Source of the DNA: an uncultured beta proteobacterium
GTDB taxonomy: Bacteria > Pseudomonadota > Gammaproteobacteria > Burkholderiales > Burkholderiaceae_D
Length of the DNA: 64,000 bases
Direction: 5' to 3'
Assembly (NCBI GenBank): GCA_963720205.1
Contig: OY970390.1
Location: 3,900,570 to 3,964,569, forward strand
Position numbers and translations under genes: made by a program. Shown here piece after piece: positions 12,565 to 24,156 of the stretch. How positions within the stretch are numbered: the first letter of the stretch is position 1; each line of letters opens with the position of its first letter. The notes under the pieces are model-generated. The model saw only the letters and a list, made by a program, of their open reading frames with translations. It did not search any database and was not told the origin of the DNA.

Positions 12565-13093
12565 ATGATGACCGCCAGACTCGATCGGGGTGCGACGTCC
12601 GCCGGACGCAGCGCGCCGTCGCCGGCAGCCGACGCCGCGACGGCGCGCGTCGCCGGCTGCACGTGCACCCGCATCCGCCGCCTCGCGCGCCGCGTGACGC
12701 AGCATTACGACCGCGCGCTCGCGCCGAGCGGACTGCGCGTCACGCAGTACGCGCTGCTCGCGACGTTGCGGCGTCGCGCGTCGATGGCGATCGGGCCGCT
12801 CGCCGACGCGCTCGACATGGACCGCACGACGCTGACGCGCAACCTGAAGCCGCTGGTCGACGCGAAGCTCGTCGCGCTCGCGCCGAACCGCGACGACGCG
12901 CGCGTGCGCGAGGTGCGGCTGACGGCGTCGGGACGGCGCCGCCACGACGAGGCGAAGCGGCTCTGGCGGCACGCGCAGGACGAGGTCAACCGGACGTGGG
13001 GCGACGCGCAGGTCGCGTCGCTGCACGCGCTGGTCGACGGGCTGATCGACACGCATCAACCACCGGACGGACCGGCCCGGGGAGGGCGCATGA
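12565..13093 (+). CDS. MarR family transcriptional regulator (reads in frame into the MFS gene as assembled)
   Basis: CTCTRIRRLARRVTQHYD, MDRTTLTRNLKPL and DARVREVRLT winged-helix motifs. Confidence 0.88.
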
Positions 13094-14359
13094 GCACGAC
13101 GCAGGCGACGCCGCACCGCCACGAGAAGAGCCTGTCGCAATGGCCGCTGCTGCTCGCGTCGGCCGCGATCCTGATGATCACGATGGGCGCGCGGCAGTCG
13201 ACCGGCCTGTTCCTGTCGCCGATCAACACCGCGACCGGCCTCGGCATCGTGTCGATCAGCTTCGCGCTCGCGATCGGCCAGTTCGTCTGGGGCGCCGCGC
13301 AGCCGCTGTTCGGCGCCGTGGCCGACAAGTTCGGCGCGACGCGCGTCATCGTCGTTCGGCGCGTTCCTGCTCGCGACCGGCATGGCGATCACGCCGCTGA
13401 TGAAGTCGCAGGCCGGGCTGATCGTCGCGATGGGCGTGCTGACGGCAGCCGGCGCCGGGGCGGGCAGCTTCTCGATCCTGATCGGCGCGACGGCGCAGCG
13501 CATCGCGCCCGACAAGCGCTCGTTCGCGGCCGGCTTCGTCAACGCCGGCGGATCGTTCGGGCAGTTCGTCTTCGCGCCGCTGATGCAGGCGATCATCGGC
13601 GCGGCCGGATGGATCGTCGCGATGGTGACGATGGCCGCGATCACGCTCGCGACCATCCCGCTCGCGTGGCCGCTGCGGCGGCGCCACGACCTGATTCCGA
13701 AAGACGTGCCGACGCATCCGTCCGTCGCGTCGGTCGTCGACGACGTCGGCCTGAAACGGCAGCTGCGCGCGGCATTCCGCGACCCGAGCTACCTGTACCT
13801 GCACGCCGGCTTCTTCACGTGCGGCTTCCACATCGCGTTCCTCGTCACGCACCTGCCGGGCGAGGTCGCGTGGTGCAGCCTGTCGCCGCAGGTCGCCGCG
13901 AACTCGCTGGCGCTGATCGGCCTGTTCAACATCGCCGGCAGCCTGACGGTCGGCTGGCTCGGCCAGCGCTACCGGATGAAGATGCTGCTCGCGCTGATGT
14001 ACGCGAGCCGCGCCGTGCTGATCGTGCTGTACCTGCTCGCGCCGAAGACGCCGACGACGTTCTACGTGTTCGCGGCGGCGCTCGGCTTCACGTGGCTCGC
14101 GACGGTGCCGCCGACGGCCGGGCTGGTCGGCAAGCTGTTCGGCACGCGCTATCTCGGCACGCTGTTCGGGCTCACGCTGCTGTCGCACCAGATCGGCGGC
14201 TTCCTCGGGGCGTGGCTCGGCGGCATCGCGTTCGCGCGCAATCACGACTACCTGTGGATGTGGTACGCCGACGTCGTGCTCGCCGTCGGCGCGGCGCTGA
14301 TCAACCTGCCGATCCGCGAGAAGAAGCCGCTTCGCACGCTCGCCGCGGCGCCCGCCTGA
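13090..14359 (+). CDS. MFS transporter (apparent indel near 13355)
   Basis: GGAGG RBS at 13081; GAVADKFG motif A; GFFTCGFH; HQIGGFLGAWLGG; about 12 TM segments. Confidence 0.9.
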
Positions 14360-14419
14360 CGCGCAAGCGCGCGACGCGTCGGTCGGGCCGTGCCGGACCG
14401 CCGGCGGCGGCCCGTTCCC

Positions 14420-14425
14420 TATAAT
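14420..14425 (+). promoter_or_regulatory. Consensus -10 element (TATAAT) upstream of relA
   Basis: Perfect TATAAT in the GC-rich intergenic region. Confidence 0.55.
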
Positions 14426-14493
14426 CGGCCGATGATTCGCGTTCCGATCGCCCTCCGCGACGCGGCCCGCGGCCGTCCGACGCGGCACGTCGC

Positions 14494-16812
14494 ATGGTGA
14501 CCCTCGAGCCGGACGGCGCCGACGAGCGCCACGTCCACGCGATCGACGCGCTGATCGACCACCTCGACGCGGCCGACGCGCAGGCCGTCCGCAAGGCGTG
14601 GGATTTCGCCGACGCGCTGTACGGCACGGGCCGGCTGTCGAGCGGCGAGCCGATCGTCGATCACGCGCTCGGCGTCGTCCGCATCCTCGACGCGGTGCGC
14701 GCCGACGCGGCCGCGCGGTCGGCCGGCCTGTTGTTCGCGGCGGCCGAACGGCTCGCGAACCCGGCCGAACAGCTCGCCGAGAACTTCGGCGACGAGATCG
14801 CGACGATCGTCGTCGGCGTCCGGCAGCTCGCGAAGCTCGCGAAGTCGGGCACCGCCGCGACGCGGCCGGTCCATCCGTCGAGCCTGATGCCGGGCGCGGC
14901 GCGCGACGGCGCGTCGCCGGACGCGAAGTCGCGCGAGCGCCAGGCCGAGACGCTGCGGAAGATGCTCCTCGCGTTCTCGACCGACGTGCGCGTGGTGCTG
15001 GTGCGGCTCGCGTCGCGACTGCAGACGTTGCGCTGGTACGCGGAGACGAAGCAGCCGCTCGCCGAATGGAACGATCCGGACGTCGCGCGGGAATCGCTCG
15101 AACTCTACGCGCCGCTCGCGAACCGCCTCGGCGTCTGGCAGGTCAAGTGGGAGCTCGAGGACCTCGCGTTCCGCTTCCTCGACCCCGACACGTACAAGCG
15201 CACGGCGCGGATGCTCGACGAGAAGCGCATCGAGCGCGAGTCGTTCATCTTCCGCAAGACGCGCGAGCTGCACGACGCGCTGAAGGCCGCGGGCATCGAG
15301 TCGACCGTCACCGGCCGACCGAAGCACCTCTACAGCATCGTCGGCAAGATGCAGTCGAAGAAGCTGTCGTTCGAGCATCTCTTCGACGTGCGCGGGCTGC
15401 GCGTGATCGTCGGCGACGAGCCGTCGTGCTACGCGGCGCTCGGCATCGTTCACGGCCGCTGGCAGGCGCTGCCGACCGAGTTCGACGACTACATCGCGAA
15501 GCCGAAGCCGAACGGCTACCGGTCGATCCACACGGTCGTGCGCGACGAGGAGGGTCGGCCGTTCGAGGTGCAGATCCGCACGCGCGACATGCATCGCTTC
15601 GCCGAGTACGGCGTCGCCGCGCACTGGCGCTACAAGGAGGGCGGCGCGTCGCTGAAGGCCGCCGACCGCTTCGACCAGCGCATCGCCTGGCTGCGGCAGC
15701 TGTTCGCCTGGCGGTCCGAGGTCGCCGGCGACCTGCAGCGCGACGCGAACGCGCTCGACCCGGGCGAGGCGCCGATCGACGACCGCGTGTACGTGCTGAC
15801 ACCCGAGGCGCGCGTCATCGAACTGCCGGCCGGCGCGACGCCGATCGACTTCGCGTATCACGTGCACTCCGACCTCGGCCATCGTTGCCGCGGCGCGCGC
15901 GTCGACGGCGCGCTGGTCGCGCTCAACACGCCGCTCGCGACCGGGCAGACCGTCGAGATCATCACCGCGAAACCGTCGCCGACGACGCCGCTCGAGGCGC
16001 TCGGTCCGTCGCGCGACTGGCTCAATCCGCAGCTCGGCTTCCTGCACAGCCCGCGCGCGCGGGCCAAGGTGCGGCAGTGGTTCAACGCGCGCGCGCTCGA
16101 GGCGACGCTCGCCGCGGGACGCGCGCTCGTCGAGAAGACGATGCAGCAGACGGCGCGCGGCAGCGGTCGCGCGATGCCTTCGCTCGACGACGTCGCGTCG
16201 AGGCTCGGCTTCGCACGCGCCGACGAACTGTTCGCGGCCGTCGCGAAGGACGAGGTGCCGCTGCGCCACGTCGCCGATGCGGTCGCGCCGGACGAGGCGA
16301 AGGCCGAGCGGGCGGAGGCCGAGACGTTCCGCACGCGCGGGCCGGCCGCCGCGGACGGCCGCCACGGCGGCGTGCTCGTCGTCGGCGTCGACGCGCTGAT
16401 GACGCAGCTCGCGAAGTGCTGCAAGCCGGCGCCGCCCGACCCGATCGCCGGCTTCGTCACGCGCGGTCGCGGCGTGTCGATCCATCGCACCGACTGCAGC
16501 AACCTCGCCGCGATGCGCGCGCGCGACCCCGAGCGGATGATCGACGTCGACTGGGGTGACGCGGCCGGCCGCGCCGACGCGGTCTATCCGGTCGACGTGC
16601 AGGTCACGGCGCAGGACCGGCAGGGCCTGCTGCGCGACATCTCCGAAGTCTTCTCGCGCGAGAAGATCAACGTCGTCGGCGTGCAGACCGAGAGCCGCCG
16701 CGGGATGGCGCGGATGGGGTTCACGGCCGAGGTCGGCGACGCGCGGCAGCTCGCGAAGGCGCTCGTCGCGATCGGCGACGTCGCGGGGGTGGTCGAGGCG
16801 CGACGGCGTTGA
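14494..16812 (+). CDS. relA: GTP pyrophosphokinase RelA
   Basis: YAPLANRLG, GRPKHLYSI, EFDDYI, NGYRSIH and EVQIRT motifs; TGS, ZFD and ACT domains; degenerate HD hydrolase site. Confidence 0.93.
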   Translation: MVTLEPDGADERHVHAIDALIDHLDAADAQAVRKAWDFADALYGTGRLSSGEPIVDHALGVVRILDAVRADAAARSAGLLFAAAERLANPAEQLAENFGDEIATIVVGVRQLAKLAKSGTAATRPVHPSSLMPGAARDGASPDAKSRERQAETLRKMLLAFSTDVRVVLVRLASRLQTLRWYAETKQPLAEWNDPDVARESLELYAPLANRLGVWQVKWELEDLAFRFLDPDTYKRTARMLDEKRIERESFIFRKTRELHDALKAAGIESTVTGRPKHLYSIVGKMQSKKLSFEHLFDVRGLRVIVGDEPSCYAALGIVHGRWQALPTEFDDYIAKPKPNGYRSIHTVVRDEEGRPFEVQIRTRDMHRFAEYGVAAHWRYKEGGASLKAADRFDQRIAWLRQLFAWRSEVAGDLQRDANALDPGEAPIDDRVYVLTPEARVIELPAGATPIDFAYHVHSDLGHRCRGARVDGALVALNTPLATGQTVEIITAKPSPTTPLEALGPSRDWLNPQLGFLHSPRARAKVRQWFNARALEATLAAGRALVEKTMQQTARGSGRAMPSLDDVASRLGFARADELFAAVAKDEVPLRHVADAVAPDEAKAERAEAETFRTRGPAAADGRHGGVLVVGVDALMTQLAKCCKPAPPDPIAGFVTRGRGVSIHRTDCSNLAAMRARDPERMIDVDWGDAAGRADAVYPVDVQVTAQDRQGLLRDISEVFSREKINVVGVQTESRRGMARMGFTAEVGDARQLAKALVAIGDVAGVVEARRR

Positions 16813-16855
16813 CGCGGGTGGCACAACGGCACCCCGCCGTTCCGCGAACCGCGAG

Positions 16856-17278
<423 letters not shown>

Positions 17279-17426
17279 CGATCGTCTCCGGGAGTGGGTC
17301 GTGCGACGGATGCTGGCGCGAAAGGCGGCGCGTCGACATCGGCGATCGGACGATCCTGCGACGACTCGCGCGCGTCCGGCTGGCCGCGACCTGCGGCGTC
17401 AGCTTCGATGACCCGCGATCACCCGC

Positions 17427-19517
17427 TCAGCCCTCGGTCGCCTTCTCGAGCAACGCCTGCTGACCCGAGAAGCGCGCCTTGCGGTGCCGCTTGCGGTGAT
17501 AGATGCCGTCGCTGTCCATCACCCACGCGAGCGCGTTGTCGCGCAGGTGGACGCGCAGCCCTTCGTCGATGACCCGCCGTCGCAGCTTCGGGTCGATCAC
17601 CGGGAACGCGACCTCGACGCGGCGGAAGAAGTTGCGGTCCATCCAGTCGGCGCTCGACAGCTAGACGTCGTCGGCGCCGCCGTTGTGGAAGCAGTAGATG
17701 CGGCTGTGCTCGAGGAAGCGGCCGACGATCGAGCGCACCGTGATGTTCTCGGACAGCCCCTTGACGCCGGGTCGCAGCGTGCACACGCCGCGGACGATCA
17801 GGTCGATCCTCACGCCCGCCGCGCTCGCGAGGTAGAGCTCGCGGATCACCTCCGGCTCGAGCAGCGCGTTCATCCGCGCCATGATGCGCGCCGGCTTGCC
17901 GGCGGCGGCGATCGCGGCCTCGTGCCGGATCGCCGCGATCGTGTTCGCGTGCAGGCTGAACGGCGCCTGCCAGATGCGCTTCATCTTCTTCGCGCTGCCG
18001 AGGCCGGTCAGCTGCTGGAACACCTCGTGGACGTCGGACGTCAGGTCCTCGTCGGCGGTGAACAGGCCGAAGTCGGTGTACAGCCGCGCGGTGCCCGAGT
18101 GGTAGTTGCCGGTGCCGAGGTGCGCGTAGCGACGCAGCACGCGACTGCCGTCGTCGGTCACTTCCTGCCGCACGACGAGCACCATCTTCGCGTGCGTCTT
18201 GTGGCCGACGACGCCGTACACGACGTGCGCGCCGATCTCTTCCAGCTGCGACGCCCAGTTGATGTTCGTCTCCTCGTCGAAGCGGGCCATCAGCTCGACG
18301 ACGGCCGTCACCTCCTTGCCGCTGCGCGCGGCCTTCAGCAGCGACTGCATCAGCGCCGAATCGCTGCCGGTGCGATAGATCGTCTGCTTGATCGCGACGA
18401 CGTCCGGATCGGTCGCGGCCGCGTCGAGGAAGTCGAGCACCGGCATGAACGACTGGTACGGATGATGGACGAGGATGTCGCGCTTCGCGATCGTCCGGAA
18501 CAGGTCGGTGTTGCGGATGTTCGCGCGGCGGATCTCCATCGGCAGCGACGGATGGAACTGCGGGAACTTGAGGTCCGGGCGGGCGACCATGTCGGGCAGC
18601 TGGATCAGCCGCACGAGGTTGACCGGTCCGTCGACGCGATAGACGTCGGCGTCGTCGAGCGCGAACTCGCGCTTGAGCAGTTGCACCATCGCGTCCGGGC
18701 AGGTCTGCGCGATCTCGAGCCGCACGGCGTCTCCGTAGTGACGCTGCGGCAGCTCGCCCTGCAGCGCGACGCGCAGGTTCGTGATCTCCTCGTCGTCGAC
18801 GAACAGGTCCGAGTTGCGGGTCACGCGGAACGGATGGCAGCCGCGGATCTCCATGCCGGCGAACAGCTCGGCGACGTACGCCTGCATGATCGTCGTCAGC
18901 ATGACGATCGTGTACGGCTGGTCGGACAGCGTGTCGGGCGGCCGGATCAGCCGCGGCAGCGCGCGCGGCGCCTGCACGATGGCGACGCCCGACTTGCGGC
19001 CGAACGCGTCGCGCCCGCCGAGTTCGACCGCGAAGTTCAGGCTCTTGTTGAGCACGCGCGGGAACGGATGCGCGGGATCGAGTCCGATCGGCGTCAGCAC
19101 CGGCAGCACCGACTGGCGGAAGTAGCTGCGCGCCCACGCGTCGAGCGGCTCGTCCCATTCGGCCGTCAACGCGACGCGGACGCCGTGCTGCGCGAGCAGC
19201 GGCAGCAGCGTGCCGTTCAGCAGCGCGTACTGCCGGGCGACGAGCGCATGGGCGCGACGCGCGACGAGTCGCAGCGTCTCGTCGACGGGCATGCCGTCGA
19301 CGTCGGCGTGGAACGGATTGAGCCGCAGCTGCGCCTTCAGGCCGGCGACGCGGACCTCGAAGAATTCGTCGAGGTTGCTGGCCGCGATGCACAGGAAGCG
19401 CAGCCGTTCGAGCAGCGGCAGCGCGGCGTCCTCGGCCTGCGCGAGCACGCGTTCGTTGAACGCGAGCAGCGACAGCTCGCGGTTGAGGAAGTCGTGCGCC
19501 GGCAAACGCTTGTTCAC
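17427..19517 (-). CDS. ppk1: Polyphosphate kinase 1 (in-frame TAG at 17661-17663)
   Basis: [54 protein letters not shown] and, after the [19 protein letters not shown]; start may be the ATG at 19525 with an indel. Confidence 0.95.
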
Positions 19518-19652
19518 GAGGTCATGGCAGCCGGCGACCTTGGCCGACGATTGTTTCAGCAGCGAGACAGCGAAACCGGCGCCGCGCGCGCGGAACGACC
19601 GACGTCATTGGGTACCATCCGTCGAACCCCGCACGATCACCCGCCTCGTCCC

Positions 19653-21146
19653 ATGCCCGCCAGTGAAACGCTGCTCGCCGCCGTCGACCTCGGATCGAAC
19701 AGCTTCCGGCTGTTGATCGGCCGCGTCGTCAGGACCCCGGCCGGGTCGCAAGTCTATCCGCTGGACAGCCTCAAGGAAACGGTGCGGCTCGCGTCCGGAC
19801 TGACGCGCGAGAAGACGCTCGACGCCGAGTCGCAGGGCCGGGCCGTCGCCGTGCTCGAACGGTTCGGCGACCGCCTGCGGTCGTTCCAGCCGCACGACGT
19901 GCGCGCCGTCGCGACGAACACGCTGCGCGTCGCGAAGAACGCGCGCGCGTTCCTCGCGAAGGCCGAAGCCGCGCTCGGCTTCCCGATCGAGGTCATCGCC
20001 GGCCGCGAGGAAGCGCGCCTGATCTACACCGGCGTGGCGAACGCCGCGTCGCTGAAGGACGGCTCGACGCTCGTCGTCGACATCGGCGGCGGCTCCACCG
20101 AATTCATCATCGGCGAGGGCCGCGAGCCGAAGCTGATGGAGTCGCTGTTCATGGGCTGCGTCAGCTACAGCCTGCGGTTCTTTCCCGACGGCGAGATCGA
20201 CAAGCAGTCGATGAAGCAGGCGGAACTCGCGGCGCAGAAGGAACTCGAGGTGATCGCCGGCGACTATCTCGACGAGGGCTGGCAACACGCGATCGGCTCG
20301 TCGGGCACGGCGCGCGCGCTCGGCGACCTGCTCGAGTTCAACGGGCTGTCGAACGGCGGCATCACGCGCGACGGCCTCGCGGCGCTGCGCGAGCTGATGC
20401 TGAAGGCGGGTCACGCCGAACGGCTGAAGCTCGAAGGGCTCAAGCCGGACCGCATCCCCGTGCTGCCCGGCGGCTTCGCGATCATGTCGGCGATCTTCAA
20501 GATGCTCGACCTCGACGCGCTCGAGGTGACCGACGCGGCGCTGCGCCAGGGCGTGCTGTACGACCTGCTCGGGCGGGGCGAGCAACACGACACGCGCGAC
20601 GTGACGATCGGGCAGTTCACGCATCGCTACGGCGTCGATCGGGCGCAGGCCACGCGCGTCGCGACGCTCGCGCTCGAGCTGATGAAGCCGCTGCTGTCCG
20701 GCGACGACGAGGCCGACGCCGACATCGAGCGCCGGCTCGGCTGGGCCGCGACGCTGCACGAGATCGGGCTGTCGATTTCGCACGCCGGGTACCACAAGCA
20801 CTCGTCGTACATCCTGTCGAACGCCGACATGCCGGGCTTCTCGCGGATGGACCAGGCGAAGATCGCGCTGATCGTCCTCGGGCACACCGGCAAGCTGTCG
20901 AAGGTCGCCGATGCGATCGGCGATCCGAACGAGTGGCTCGCGGTGCTGTGCCTGCGGATCGCGGCGCTCGTCCATCGACGCCGCGCGGAGCTCGACGTGT
21001 CGGGCCTCGCGCTGAAGCGCAGCGGCAAGGGCTACCGGCTCGAGGCCGACCCCGACTGGCTCGCCGAACATCCGTTGACCGAGTTCAATCTCCGGCAGGA
21101 AGCGGCCGAGTGGGCGAAGCTCGGCATGACGCTCGAGCTCGCGTAG
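19653..21146 (+). CDS. ppx: Exopolyphosphatase Ppx/GppA
   Basis: AVDLGSNSFRL, EEARLIY, DIGGGSTE, LRQGVLYDL and LHEIG motifs. Confidence 0.95.
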   Translation: MPASETLLAAVDLGSNSFRLLIGRVVRTPAGSQVYPLDSLKETVRLASGLTREKTLDAESQGRAVAVLERFGDRLRSFQPHDVRAVATNTLRVAKNARAFLAKAEAALGFPIEVIAGREEARLIYTGVANAASLKDGSTLVVDIGGGSTEFIIGEGREPKLMESLFMGCVSYSLRFFPDGEIDKQSMKQAELAAQKELEVIAGDYLDEGWQHAIGSSGTARALGDLLEFNGLSNGGITRDGLAALRELMLKAGHAERLKLEGLKPDRIPVLPGGFAIMSAIFKMLDLDALEVTDAALRQGVLYDLLGRGEQHDTRDVTIGQFTHRYGVDRAQATRVATLALELMKPLLSGDDEADADIERRLGWAATLHEIGLSISHAGYHKHSSYILSNADMPGFSRMDQAKIALIVLGHTGKLSKVADAIGDPNEWLAVLCLRIAALVHRRRAELDVSGLALKRSGKGYRLEADPDWLAEHPLTEFNLRQEAAEWAKLGMTLELA

Positions 21147-21182
21147 CGGCCGCGCAGCGCAACCGCGCGGCGCACGGCGGGG

Positions 21183-21671
21183 TCAGACCAGGTCCGGGTC
21201 GAGCACCGACTTCATCGTCCACTCGGTGCTGCCGTCGCGCGACCGCCTGACGAGCCACCACGCGGCGGCCTTCTTCATGCTCATGTCGCCGCGCGTGCCG
21301 GTCATCAGCCGGCGCGCGAGCTGGCCGACCCACGGCTGATGGCCGACCATCACGATCGCCGGACCGTCGTCGTCGCATTTCGCGATCGCGTCGTCGAGCG
21401 CGTCGCAGACGAGATCCATGTCGACGTCGGGCGCGAGCCGGTCGTCGAACTCGGGTTCGAGCCGCGTCCGCGCGGTCAGCGGCGCCACGGTCTCGCGCGC
21501 ACGGACCGCCGGACTGCAGACGACCCGGGTGCGCTCGTCGAGCTGCTTCGCGAGCGCCTTCGCGACCCGCGCGGCGTCGCGATGGCCGCGCGGCGTCAGC
21601 GCGCGGGCGAGGTCCGGCGACCCGTCCTCGGCCTCGGCGTGGCGCCAGATGAAGAGATTGATGTTCGGCAT
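21183..21671 (-). CDS. sixA: Phosphohistidine phosphatase SixA family
   Basis: WRHAEAE, SPAVRARET and VGHQP motifs. Confidence 0.85.
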   Translation of the reverse strand: MPNINLFIWRHAEAEDGSPDLARALTPRGHRDAARVAKALAKQLDERTRVVCSPAVRARETVAPLTARTRLEPEFDDRLAPDVDMDLVCDALDDAIAKCDDDGPAIVMVGHQPWVGQLARRLMTGTRGDMSMKKAAAWWLVRRSRDGSTEWTMKSVLDPDLV

Positions 21672-21704
21672 GCGGCCTCGTCCGTTCGGTCGGCCCCGCC
21701 GAGT

Positions 21705-22169
21705 CTAGCGCGCGAGCGCCTGTCCGACACGCTGCACGACGACCGGCCCGGCGACGAGCAGCCAGGTGAAGAAGCACAGCAACAACGCGAGGAAGACCGC
21801 CGCGCTGCCGAGATCCTTCGCGCGTCCGGCGAGCCGATGATGGTCGAGCGAAATGCGGTCGACGGCAGCCTCGATGCTCGAATTGATCAGCTCGACGATC
21901 AGCACCAGCACGACCGACGCGACGAGCGCCAGCGTCTCGAGGGCCGACATCCTCAGCACGAGCGCGACCGGCAGCAGGACCGATGCGAGGATCAGCTCCT
22001 GCCGGAACGCGCTCTCGACGCGCAGCGCGTGCGCCAAGCCGCGCATCGAATAGCGCAGCGCGTTCCAGATGCGCCGCGGACCGCCGCTGCTCTTGTACGG
22101 GCTCTCGGCCTCGATCGTCTCGACGACGACACGCGACGCGGGGTCGCCGCCGCCGTCCGCCGCCGTCAT
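21705..22169 (-). CDS. dgkA: Diacylglycerol kinase
   Basis: ESAFRQE, ELINSSIEAAVDR and AKDLGSAAV motifs; ATGA overlap with the GT stop. Confidence 0.92.
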   Translation of the reverse strand: MTAADGGGDPASRVVVETIEAESPYKSSGGPRRIWNALRYSMRGLAHALRVESAFRQELILASVLLPVALVLRMSALETLALVASVVLVLIVELINSSIEAAVDRISLDHHRLAGRAKDLGSAAVFLALLLCFFTWLLVAGPVVVQRVGQALAR

Positions 22170-23213
22170 CCGCCCGCCGCCCACGCGTCGGCGCGACCGC
22201 TCACCGCGCCGGTGGGGTGCAGGTGGTTCACGAACTGGCGGGTGCAGGCTTCCCACGAATAGCGCTCGGCGTGCGCACGCGCGACCGGACGCGGGATGTC
22301 GAGCGCGCGCAGCGCCGCCGCCCGCAGGTCGTCGTCGAGGGCGCCGGCCGGCGCGTCGCGGCCGATCACGTCGATCGGGCCGGTGACCGGATACGCCGCG
22401 ACCGGGCAGCCGCAGGCGAGCGCCTCGAGCAGCACGAGGCCGAAGGTGTCGGTGCGGCTCGGGAAGACGAACACATCCGCGGCATTGTAGAGCGACGCCA
22501 GCTCCGCCTGGCCGAGCACGCCGGTGAAGCGCACGCCCGGATGCTCGGCCTTCAGCCGCGCCAGCAGCGGGCCTTCGCCGGCGACCCACTTGCTGCCCGG
22601 CAGGTCGAGCGCGAGGAACGCCTCGATGTTCTTCTCGACGGCGACGCGGCCGACGTACAGGAAGATCGGCTTCGCGAGGTCGTGTGCCATCGCCGGCCCC
22701 GGCTTGAAGATGTCGAGCTCGACGCCGCGCGACCACAGCACGACGCGCGAAGGATCGAAGCCGTAGCGCAGCAGGTCGTCGCGGACGACGCGCGTCGGCA
22801 CCATCACGGCCTGCGCCGGACCGTGGAACCAGCGCAGGAAGCGGTACGTGATCGCCAGCGGCACGCCGAAGCGCGCCTTCACGTATTCGGGGAAGCGCGT
22901 GTGGTACGCGGTCGTGAACGGCATCCCGTTGCGGATCGCCCACGCGCGCGCGGCCATCCCGAGCGGTCCTTCGGTCGCGATGTGCAGCGCGTCCGGCGCC
23001 GCGGCCCGGATGCGCTCGGCCGTGCGGCGCTTCGGGAACAGCGACAGCCGGATCTCGGCGTACGTCGGGCAGGGGATCGTCCTGAATTCGAGCGGCGTCA
23101 GCAGGTCGACGACGTGGCCCATCTTCTCGAGCTCGCGACGCGTCGACTTCAGCGTGCGGACGACGCCGTTGACCTGCGGGTCCCACGCGTCGGTGACGAT
23201 CGAGGATCTTCAT
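22166..23213 (-). CDS. GT4 family glycosyltransferase, Agt-like glycolipid synthase (apparent indel near 23200)
   Basis: TDAWDPQVNGVVRTL, HIATEGPLG, YVGRVAVEKN and FPSRTDTFGLVLLEALACG motifs. Confidence 0.88.
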
Positions 23214-24129
23214 GCGGCCGCCTCCGTCTCGGTCTGCGTCAACGCCTCCGCGCCCGTCGTCGATTCGCGGCGCGGCGTCGCCGCGTCCGGGCGCCATTCG
23301 ACGATGCGCAGCACGCCCGACTGGTCCTCGACCAGCGCCGTCAGGCTCTCGACCCAGTCGCCGTCGTTGCAGTAGACGATGCCGTCGATCGTCGCGGATC
23401 TCGGCCTTGTGGATGTGGCCGCAGACGACGCCGTCGAAGCCGCGTCGCTTCGCTTCGGCGACGAGCGCCCGCTCGTAGTCGGCGATGAAGCTGACCGCGT
23501 TCTTCACCTTGTGCTTCAGGTACTGCGACAGCGACCAGTAGCCGAAGCCGAGCCGTCCGCGGACGCGGTTGAACCAGTGGTTCAGCACCAGCACGAACGT
23601 GTACAGCGAGTCGCCGAGGTACGCGAGCCACTTCGCGTGCTGGATCACGCCGTCGAACAGGTCGCCGTGCGTGACGAGCAGCCGTCGGCCGTCGGCCGTG
23701 ACGTGCGTCGCCTCGTGGACGACCTCGATGCCGCCGAACGCGTGGCCGACGTAGCCGCGCGCGAACTCGTCGTGGTTGCCGGGCACGAAGATCACGCGCG
23801 TGCCCTTGCGCGCCTTGCGCAGGATCTTCTGGACGACGTCGTTGTGCGACTGCGCGCCAGGTCCAGCCCTTCTTCAGCTGCCAGCCGTCGATGATGTCGC
23901 CGACGAGGTACAGCGTGTCGGACTCGTGCGACTTCAGGAAGTCGAGCAGGTAGTCGGCCTTGCAGCCGGCCGTGCCGAGATGGACGTCGGAGATCCAGAT
24001 CGTCCGGTGGCGGTGCGTCGACTCGTGCGGCTCGCGCGACGTGTCGTCCTCGGCCGGCGGTCGCGCCGGCGCGAACAGCGACGACAGCGGAGCGGCGGGC
24101 AGCGGTTCGGAGGTCAGCGGTGCATTCAT
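23210..24129 (-). CDS. plcP: PlcP/LpxH2-type metallophosphoesterase, probable phospholipase C (apparent indels)
   Basis: SDVHLG, LVGDIIDGW, GNHD, HGD, CGHIH and NDGDWVES motifs; GNHD rather than the GNRD of LpxH; adjacent GT4 gene; Pho boxes upstream. Confidence 0.78.
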
Positions 24130-24156
24130 GCTGAGCCCGCATTGGACCGTCGTGCG

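Noticed and set aside
14419-16824. Long antisense and alternative-frame ORFs here and throughout the window
   Set aside because: Arg/Ala-rich, motif-free products expected from high GC and codon bias opposite real genes
17661-17663. Pyrrolysine or alternative-code recoding of TAG in ppk1
   Set aside because: TAG is used as a normal stop in other genes here (ppx, rlmD, bamB, purA) and no pyl genes are visible
17484-21146. 1220-aa ORF suggesting a giant Ppx fusion
   Set aside because: The first ~720 codons are the antisense shadow of ppk1; Ppx motifs begin at ATG 19653
21705-23795. 696-aa phosphoesterase-DgkA fusion ORF
   Set aside because: Frame coincidence across indels; the middle is off-frame GT4 sequence and ATGA overlaps delimit three genes
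23210-24129. lpxH lipid A biosynthesis gene
   Set aside because: GNHD rather than GNRD, GT4/dgkA context and Pho boxes fit PlcP/LpxH2 better
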